NCBI GenBank assembly: GCA_002104945.1
Contig: MCFH01000004.1
Location: 372,001 to 436,000 of the forward strand
Source: Piromyces finnis finn
Taxonomy: Eukaryota; Fungi; Neocallimastigomycota
DNA length: 64,000 nt
Reading direction: 5' to 3'
The position numbers and the translations under genes were made by a program. The notes beneath the pieces were generated by a model. It saw nothing but the letters and a program-made list of their open reading frames with translations, was not told where the DNA came from and did not search any database. How positions within the stretch are numbered: position 1 is the stretch's first letter; each line of letters opens with the position of its first letter. Of this stretch, positions 53,997-64,000 are shown piece after piece.

Positions 53997-54533
53997 AAAT
54001 TGTACTCCTTTATAAATATTAACTATCATAATATCAGTATTGATAATTTAAATAATATAAAGAAATTCTCAAAAGTATACCAAAATAAATTATTACATTA
54101 TATATTATTTTGATGTAAAAAAAAATAATAATAATATAATATAAAGAAAAAAAGAAAAAAGAAAGAAAAGAAAAAGAAAGGATAGGAGAAAAAAAAAAGT
54201 AATAAAGCATAATGTATAATAGTATTATTATTAATTACTGGTTTATATAATAAATAAATAAATAAATAAGTAAAAATATAATTATTCTAAAATTAAATAA
54301 TAACTACGTACTAAATATGTATTTTTTATATATTTCGTTTATTAAAAAATTTTGTTTAAAACTTCTATAAAATTTCTGAAAAAACACTAAAGTAATATAT
54401 TTTAGAAAAATAGTAATTATAAATATAAATATATATTTATATTATATGAAGATAATAAGTATATATAAATATATATATTTTTTTAATAAAAAAAAGAAAG
54501 AGAGAGATTTAATTATAATAAATGCATTAATAT

Positions 54534-57500
54534 TTAAATATATTTGGTTTCAAAATCTAAAAGCTTTTGTTTTAACATATCAGTAGTTTTAAATCCTTCT
54601 ATCATATCATCATTTTCTAATAAATAATTATCCATTTCTAAAAGTTGCTTTCTAGTAATACCTGTATTATCAGAATTAATATTTAATCGTTGTTTTATTT
54701 CTTGTATATCCTTACTTATACTTCGGTTTAGTAAATTTGGTTGAAGATGAAGATTACAACAACTATTATAAACTTTTTGAAGTTTTAATTCCCTTAAATT
54801 ATTTTCATTTACTTCTGAAAGACAAGAACGAAGAATATTAGTATATTGCTTTTTATTTTTATTATGCAACATAATACCATTGACAGGTCTATTTTTATTG
54901 TTATTAGGTATTTTATTATGATTTAAATTGGCAGTATCACTAAATATTGTACTTTTACTATATTGAAAACCAGTATTTTCTTTATTACAACCTATTTCAT
55001 TTTCAATTTCAGATAGTGAAAATTGATCCATTGATTGTTGTTGCTTTACTGATGGATGTTGAGTTTGGAAGGATTGGGATGAAGTATTTAACATTAAATT
55101 ACTTTCTTGTGGATTAAGTTTCTTTAAATTTTTATTAGAAATCAAATTTTCTAATTCTTTCTTTTCATTTAAATTATTCTCCTTAATAATACGAAGATTT
55201 TCTTTCAAATTAGATACCTTTTGTTGTAAATTTTGAATTTTTTTATTATAGTTTTCTTTCATTTCATCCACTTGTTTAGTTCTTAATTCTTCAACCTTTT
55301 GTCGTTCTTCGGTTTGTTGCTTCAATTGTTCAGCAATTCCTTTAATCTTCTCATCAAAAAGTTTAACTAAATTCTTTTCCTTTTCACTATATTCTTCCTT
55401 AACTTCTTCAATATCTTTTTTAAGTTTTTCATTTTCCTTACATTTTTCTTCAATTTGTTTTATAGAAGAATCTTTAAATTGTTGTAGGATGTTCTTATAA
55501 TTCTTTGTCATAGTTTCTTTTTGCTCTTTGTAATTATCACAAGTTTGTTGAAGATTATTAATTTTAGTATTCTTTTGAGTTAATTCTTTTTCAAGATAAT
55601 CTTTTAAAACTAATATATCCTTGCTATCAAATATTTCTTCGGTTGGTGAAAGACATTTCCATAATAAATTAATTTGAACACATTGTTTATTATATGTTTT
55701 ATTTAATTCATCATATTCTTTCTTGATAGAATCATATTTACTATTAATTTCCTTTAAAACCTCATCACTTTTTAAATTAATAGTATTCATTTGTTTTTCA
55801 TATTCTTCTATCTTGCTCTTTTCGATTTTTAAATTAACTTCATTTTCACGAATTTCAAGTTTAAGCTTTTGTTCTAAACTTGTCTTTTCATCAAGAATTG
55901 TACTAATTTGTTCCTTAAGTTCTTTAATTTGATTCTTGTATTTCAACGTTTCTTGTTTATTTTCTTCAATATCTTCGAGTTGTTGTTGAAGCTTCTTTTC
56001 ACGATCAAGAATATCCTTATTCAAATATTCAATATCAGCCTTATTTTTGGATTTTTCATTAACTAATATATTAATTTTTTCCAAGGATTCATTTAAACTG
56101 GATTCAATTTCCTTGTTTCTTTTATGACTTTCTTCTAATTCAGATTTAGATCTTTGAAGATCATTCTTTAATTTTTCCATATCTAATTTTGAATTTCTTT
56201 CATATTCTTTTAACTTATTAATTTCTTTATCTTTTTCATTGATAAAATCATTGTAATTTTCTATTTCTTGATTATGTTGATTTTCAGAATTCTTTTTAAT
56301 TTTGTCTCTTTCTTCTTCTAACTGAAGTAGCCTATTTTGTGAGGATGTTAATTCGCTTTTTATTAAGTCATTTTCTGTTGACATTGTTTTTATTGTATGT
56401 TTTAATTGATCTACTTTACTTGTAAGTTCTTCTCTATCCTTTTCCAATTTCTTTAATATTAATCTTGAACATCTAGAATAATCTTTAGCATCTCTAATAT
56501 CATTAATAGATTTTACTCCTATTAAATCATTATCGGATTCAATGGAACTACCATTATCATTATTTCCCAAAAGAATAAAGTCTTCTAAAGATGTTTTCAA
56601 ATTTTCATTCTCTTTAGATTTCAAATCTAATGTACTATTGATAGAATCATACTTTGATTGTAATTCATCATATTCTTTATTTATTTTTTCGATTTTATCA
56701 TTTAATTCCTTTGCCTTACTTTTTATGTCTATTTGCTCATCTAAAATTTGTTTCTTTTCTTCTTCTGATTCCTTTAACTTCTGGTTAACAACGTCATATT
56801 CATTTTTCAAGACGGATAATTCAGAATCTATTTGAGCTTTGATGTTGAAAAGGTTTTTCCTTTCATTTTCACCATATTCAATTTCTATCATCAACTTTTT
56901 AATTTCTCCATTTAATTTTTCATTCTTTAAACGTTCATCATTGAATTGAATTATTAATTGATCCTTCATCTTATTCATTTCCTCTATATCATGTTCTTGT
57001 TTCTTAATAATACTTTCTAGCGAATTATTTTTTGCGGATAACAAAGCATTCTCATTAACTTGAGTATTCATTCTTAATTCAATTTCAGATTTTTTCTTTT
57101 CTGTTATTATGATTGAATTGGTATTTTCTTCAATGTTTCTATTATATTTATCTTGTAATTCACAATATTGCTTCTTTAGTACTTCTAATTCAGAAAGAAC
57201 ATTGCTATGGATGCTCTTCAAATTTTCAAGATCTTTTATGTTTTGAGCATTTGTTGTTTCATATGACATTCTGATATTTTCATTAGTTTTTGTTTTCATT
57301 TCAATTTCATTATTAATTCTCTTGATTTCATTATTTAATTGGTTAATTTTCTCAGAGTAATTTTCAATAATAGCATTCTTTTCATCTACTTCTTTTTGCA
57401 TAACATGTGATTTAGAAGTAATGTTTTCAAGAGTCATTTTCATTTCATTTATGCATTGAAGAGAAGAACCAAGTTCCTTATCTTTATTGATAAGTTCCTT

Positions 57501-60500
57501 CTTAAGATGGTCACAATCAACCTTATAATTTCTTTCACTTATCAAATTTTCCTCCAATCTTTGAATACGATCCACTAAATTAACCTTTTCTTGTTCATAC
57601 TCTTCAAATTTATCTTGACATCTATTATGAGTATTTTGTAAAATTTCATATGTTTTCTCCAAATTATCATAAGATCCTTGTTCCTTTTCAAACTGTTCTT
57701 TTACATTCTTATACTTTTCTGAAATAATTATAAGTTGATTAATAATGTTTTCTTTAGAAACATTTTCATAGTCATCAATAGTATGCATCATGTCAGTTTC
57801 ATTATCAAATTCATTTTCATTTAATAATTGACGAATACTATTATTATAGTTTTCAACAAGAGTATTCTTAGAAAATTTTTCGATTTTACGCTTTAATTCG
57901 GAGTTTTCTTTAATAATAACCTTTATATCATCGTCATCAAAATCAACACCGTTACTTTTCTTTTTTTCTGAGGATTCCTTCATTGTATTTTCACATAATG
58001 TACCTATAAATGTAGTTAGTTTTTCATTAAACATTTTAAAGAATTCATTAAATTGACGTTCAACAAAAGCATTATTATTTTGATTATCTTCAATAATCTT
58101 GTTAAGTTTTTTAATTTGCATTTGAGAATCCTTATTTTTTTGTTCTAACTCTTTAGATTTTTCACTAATTTTGTTATGACTGTTAAGTTTTTCTTGTTGA
58201 TTGGAAAGTTTATTTTGAATATTTTCTATTTGGTGATTGGAATAGGATAATTTCTTAAGTAAACTCTTTATTTCATTTTCGTTTTCTTGGTTAATAGTCA
58301 TTTGCTCCTTGTAAAGACTTTGAATATCATATAAACTCTTTTCAAGTTCGTTAATGGATTGAATATTTTGTGATTGTTTGCTGCTGATACATTTTCTCAT
58401 ATTTCTTTCTTCATTAAGTTTACTCTTTGATGAAAGTAATTCCTCTTCTAAATTATTTATTTGATTCTTTGTGAATTTTATTTCATCCTTTAAATTTGCA
58501 ATTTGATTCTTAGACTTAGTTAATTCTTTTTTTAAATTATTTATATGATCTTTAGAACCTCTTAGTTCTTCACTAGCATTTTCATTTTGCTTCTTAGTGT
58601 CTTTTATTTCTTCTTCCAAATTTTCGATAATTACACCTGTCATACAATAAATTTCTTCAATCTTTTGTGGTGGATTAGATTTAAACATTTCCATTAATTC
58701 TTTCATAGTTTTATTTTCGTATTTTTGAGAATATTCAATACTCTCTTTAATAATATTAACAGCTTCTTTTACATTTGAATTCTTTAAATCCTTAACATCA
58801 TCATTTATATCTAAACTTTCATTTGAATGTTGACATTTTACTAATTCTTTTGTTAAATCCTCATTACGTTCTACTAAATCTTTAACTTCTTTCTTTAAAT
58901 ATGATATATTTTTATTTGCTTCGTGTAAATCCATATCCAAAGTCTTGTTTTTTGAACGAAATTCTTCCAACCTCCTTTCGGTTTCTTCCATTTTTTGATC
59001 CAATTCATCATACCTTTCCATGGAGCTCTTTCTTTTTTCTTCGATTTCTTTAACAGTCCTTAATAGTTCATTATTTTTTTGATTTTTCTCAGCTACTTTT
59101 GTTTCATAATCATTTAATTTATTTAATAATTCTGTATTTTTCTCATTTGCACCATTTAAGTTCATTTCAAGATTAGATATATATATTCCTTTTTCCTTAT
59201 TATTTTGTTCCATAATAAATTCATAATCATCAATTATTTTTTGTTGCTCCTTTACTTTTTTTTCTAGGTTTTCAATAAAGCCATTTTTATCATTGATGGC
59301 ATTATTTAAAATATCTATGGTATCATCGCCTTCATTAGTCTTGTTATTAGTAATAGAAAACGAAAATAATTCTGTGGCATCTTTAATACTTTCGGTATCT
59401 TTAATCTCTTCTTCTGTTATTTCAATACGATTATTCTTTAATAAGGTCTCAAAATGTTTAATTTTTAATTTCAATTTTTGATTTTGGGTTTTTAACGCTT
59501 CCTCAGAAATTTCGTCCTCAGAATTATTATTTTTTGATTTTATTAAATCTTGATATTTTGAATACAATTCATAATAATCATCAAGTTTTTGGGAAATATC
59601 ATTTTTAAGTTCATCAATCTTTTCAATGTCCAATTTATGTAATTCTTTAATCTGACTGTTTTCCTTTAATATTTTTTCTAACTGTATTATTACTTCATCT
59701 TTTGATGCTTTTTTTAAGTTGTCCATTAAATCAGATATATTTTTATAATAATTAATAATATTTTCACCATGGTCCTTAATGTCTTTATCAATATCATTAT
59801 TTTCTATGATATCAATATTTTCTTGAATTAGATTTATTTTAGTAACGTTACTGTCGTTTTTTTCCATTGGGATTGGCTTTTTTATATTACTTTGTGTATC
59901 ATTAATATAACTATTTTCTTGTTGATGTTTAATTTTAGAATTTAAATTTTGACTATATATTTCTTTTTCATTATTTGCTTTTATTTTTTCCATTATAATA
60001 TTTTTCAATGCTTCTTCATCTCTTTTTGAATTCTTTAATAATTCTTCTTCTCGATATATTTCATCCTGTAGTAATAATCCTTGTCTTTTTAATTCTTCAT
60101 ATTCATATTTATTTTTCATTAAACTACTAGAATAGTCAGTCTCTGATATACCTGCATGGTTACTTATAATTTCTTCTGATATGGTAATGTCCACCTTATT
60201 ATTACTATTCGTAACATTATCTGATGTTTCTTTTATTTCTGATTCCGTCCGGTCAATTTTAGCATTACTATCAGAAGTGTTGGCAATATCATAACATTTT
60301 CCATCATTTATATGTTCAGAATAATCATTAACTTCAGACATAGTATACTCTATGTTATCTTCAGTTCGAGATAAATCATTATCGATTTCATCATTATAAT
60401 TATCATCAAAGGCATATTCATTATTTCCGTTATCTAAATTTTCTTTATCAATTACCTTATGATCACTTAATTCTTTATGAGTAATAGTTTTTAAATTTTT

Positions 60501-61951
60501 AATATCAATACCTAAATCATCATTAAATAATACCTTTGATATTGGTTTTTTCTTAATAGCGCTATAATTTTCTGATATATCTTTTAAGTAACTAATAGAG
60601 CTATTATGGATATCTTCATGAATTTGTTGTTGCTTTTCCTTTGTATTATCAATATTTTTATCAATACTTTCTTTAGTATTATCAGGTAATTCAATTTCAT
60701 CTGAAAAACTTATATCATCTTTGTCATCTTCATTATCACTAAGATGAATTTCTTGAATATATATATCTTTTTTTATTCCATTGTCATACTCATTTTCACT
60801 TTTTTCTTCAAAGTCATATTCACTGTGGTCTTCTTCAGAACTATATTCAATACTTTCATTATCATCATCATCCTCTTCTTCTTCTTCCTCTTCTTCATCA
60901 TCATCATCATTTTCATCTTCTTCATATTCTTCATATTCTTCATATTCTTCTTCTTCATCATTATCTTCTTCTTCATTATTTAGCTCTTCATTATCTGATT
61001 CATCGTAATTATATTCGCTTTGGTCTTCTACAGAAGAATTTATATTAATTTTTCCTTCACTATCTTTTTCATTAATATAGTTGTTGTCGTCCTCAATTTC
61101 ACTTTCTTCTTCAACTTCTTCATAATCTATATAGTCATCATTTTCCTTGTTGCTATTTTTATCCCCATTATTTTTCTCTTCAATATCATAATCACCATCA
61201 TCATATGAAAATACTGATGACTCAGTTTGATTATCATAGGGTTTATCCTCTATTGTATCGTTTATTTCTTCTATGTTATTACTTTCTAAAATGGCATATT
61301 TATCTTCTTCTTCGGATTCGCAATTGTTATTATTAACATTTATGTTTTCTTCTATATCTTTATTTTCTTGCTGAATGACATTTTCATTATCATTTTCCAG
61401 TACATAATTATTATTTAATTTATTAATAGTGGTATTATTTGAAATATCATTATCTTTATTTAATTTCTTATCTTTTTCTTTTGAATCATGATAGCTAATT
61501 GATTCAGTCACATTTTGTGGAACAGTTAATAATTCAGGTATTTGCTTAACTTCATCCATAAAAGACAACTTTTTATTATTTTTATAACAATAAAAAAATA
61601 TAAATAAATTAGTATAATCAATTTAAATAGAGTAAGCAATAATATTTACATCATTATCAGTTTCCTCGAAATCTTCACTTAATACATGTCTTATAGCAGC
61701 TGTTACACTCATTTTACTTTCTTCTAATGTATCACCATTAGATGATGTTTTCTTATCTTTATTTAATACACTAAATTCATCCCAAAGCTCAGATGAATAA
61801 TTACTTTCTTTATCTATGTCATCATCATCATCATTTATAATATTCGTTGAATATGAAAAGGTACTAATTGAAAGCTCGCTAGTTAGATTGTCATTATCGT
61901 GACTCTAAAAATTTAATTATATATGTATTAAATCAAAAAAAAAAACATTAT

Positions 61952-61984
<33 letters not shown>

Positions 61985-63793
61985 TAAAATAGTTAATAAT
62001 ATTTGATGATACATTGTGTTCACTTTCAGGTGCTTTAATATCATTATTTTTCTTATGGGATATAATTTTTATTATTGGTTGATTAAGCTTTTCCATAATA
62101 TCATTATTATTTTCCTATTATTAATAATATTAATGTATTAGTCTATTAAAATTATATAACCTTATATATATAATATTTAATATTAAACAATAATAATTAC
62201 ATATTTATTTATTGATAAAACATTATTTTTTGAATCTTCTTCATATTTATGCTTTTCTTTTAAATTATTATTATTATTATTATGTTCACTTTTATTTTTA
62301 TTATTATTATCTTCATCTGTATTTTTCAATTTACTATCTGAAAATGTTGTATTTGTTAATGAGCTTTCAAATGATATTATACTTGAGTCCTCATCTGTAT
62401 CATTATATTCATTGTTATTACTTTCTTCATTTTCATCATCCTTACTTTCTAATTCTTGTAAAAGCAACTCTTCAGATGCCTTAATTATATTATTATTAAT
62501 AAATTAATAATTAAATTTATTGAAATATTTAACATATCTTAACTATCTATTTTTTCATATATATTTATATTATTATTACATCAAATAATAAAGATGAATT
62601 AACTTCTTTTTTAACGTTTTCTGTAATTAAATTTTTATAATCAGACGGTATTTTTCCAAATGTATCAACCTTTCTGGTAAAACTACCATTTTCTAATAAT
62701 AAATTAACTATTGCATCTTGTTTATGTATATAGGCAAGATGTAAGGGTATTCTATGATATTTAGAAAATAATATTATTATAATTAAAAAATGCTTTTACG
62801 TTTTAATAAATTAATATAAAAACTTACTGATCATTTGTGTCAACGATATTAACATTAATTTTTGCATTAATTAATTCTTTTGACATTTCTAATCGTTTTA
62901 ATAGAATTGTATGGTGTAAATAAGAATATCCAGACTAATAATTTTATCATAAAATATATTTAATAGGTTAATTTATTATATATTCATATATATAATACAT
63001 TTATTGAAATATTTATCAATTATTACTTTATCTATAAAATTTAAATTTGGTTTTCTTTCTAATATTAAACTAAATGATTCCTTATCATTATTTAAAATTG
63101 TATAATGAAGAGCAGTACATCCAATATTATCTGTACAATTTATGGATGATCTATGATTTAATAATGTTTGGATAATTTGACTATTGCCCATCATAGAAGC
63201 CTAAATTTAATATATATATAAATATTAATACTGTTTTTAAACACATTTATTTGACTAAATATTTTCTAAAGTAATTTAATTATATATATTCAAAAAAAAA
63301 TATTTATTTACAATAATCAATGCAGTTTTATTATCTGAATCAACTTCATCTATATTCAAATTTTTCACTGTCAATATTTGATTTGTTAATGCTACATCGT
63401 TTAAGTATACAGATAAATGTAATGGTGTATATTGTTTCATAGAATCCTTTTTATTAATATTGTTTTTCTTTGATTGAAGTAAAGTATCAATCTTTTCTCT
63501 ATTATCATCTAAAATTGCAATATGAAGAGCATTTTCAAATATTAAATCATTTAAATTAAATGCATGAACATCACTAACACTTAATTGATCGAAAAGTTTC
63601 AATTGAGATGATTCATCCTTATAATTAATAAAATATATAGTATTGTATAAAAAATTGTAAATATATGTATATATTAATAATAATAATAATAATAAATATT
63701 TGGTTATTATTTTGTTAATAATACATTTTTATTCTTTTCTATTTCTTCATCATTTGTATTTTTTTTCCCAAAATGAAATCCAAATTTCAACAT
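54534..63793 (-). CDS. Giant protein with N-terminal ankyrin repeats, acidic region and about 1700-aa coiled coil
   Basis: Exon 1 is 63793-63725 (MLKFGFHFGKK...). Ankyrin exons start at 63617 (NALHIAI, TPLHLSV, TALHYTI, IPLHLAY). A phase-0 splice joins 61650 to the 7-kb terminal exon 61568-54534, which is heptad-rich in E/K/L/N. The intermediate exons were only roughly checked. Confidence 0.8.
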
Positions 63794-64000
63794 TTTTTAT
63801 ACTATATATAATTATAATTAACAATTTTATTATATTAAATTTTGTAATATAAAAAAATATAATAACAATAGTTATATGACATAAATCTGAAAATATAATT
63901 ATACAATGATAAAAAATAACATTAGAAATTATTTTTTAAAAGATAAAAACTAAAAAAAATAAAAAATATTAAATTTGTATAATATTTTTTTCTTTTTCCT

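Overview
This is very AT-rich, intron-rich eukaryotic DNA. The gene content (CBM18-bearing subtilisin-like protein, beta-helix/EGF class C GPCR-like receptors, Stealth protein) is typical of an anaerobic gut fungus (Neocallimastigomycota); this assignment is inferred. From left to right the window contains: (1) a probably catalytically dead S8-like protease with a Thr-rich linker and CBM18; (2) an alternating same-strand array of three 10-Cys GPI-anchored proteins and two multi-exon beta-helix+EGF+7TM receptors; (3) a gene with a non-canonical Zn2Cys6 cluster and an Rrn10-like C-terminus; (4) a type II membrane Stealth phosphotransferase; (5) a tRNA-Ala-derived SINE-like element with poly(A) tail and TSD; (6) a very large low-complexity YTH-domain gene; (7) a second, divergent copy of the same SINE family, whose 5' TSD is split by an intact, very young Ty3/gypsy LTR retrotransposon (711-bp LTRs, tRNA-Ala PBS, -1 frameshift site with pseudoknot); (8) an 8-exon E2 ubiquitin-conjugating gene; (9) a giant ankyrin + coiled-coil gene. 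The strongest candidate for a new system is the SINE family together with what looks like Ty3-style targeting of a Pol III start site by the LTR element. The GPI-protein/receptor array comes second. Exon boundaries were read by eye and no database searches were run.
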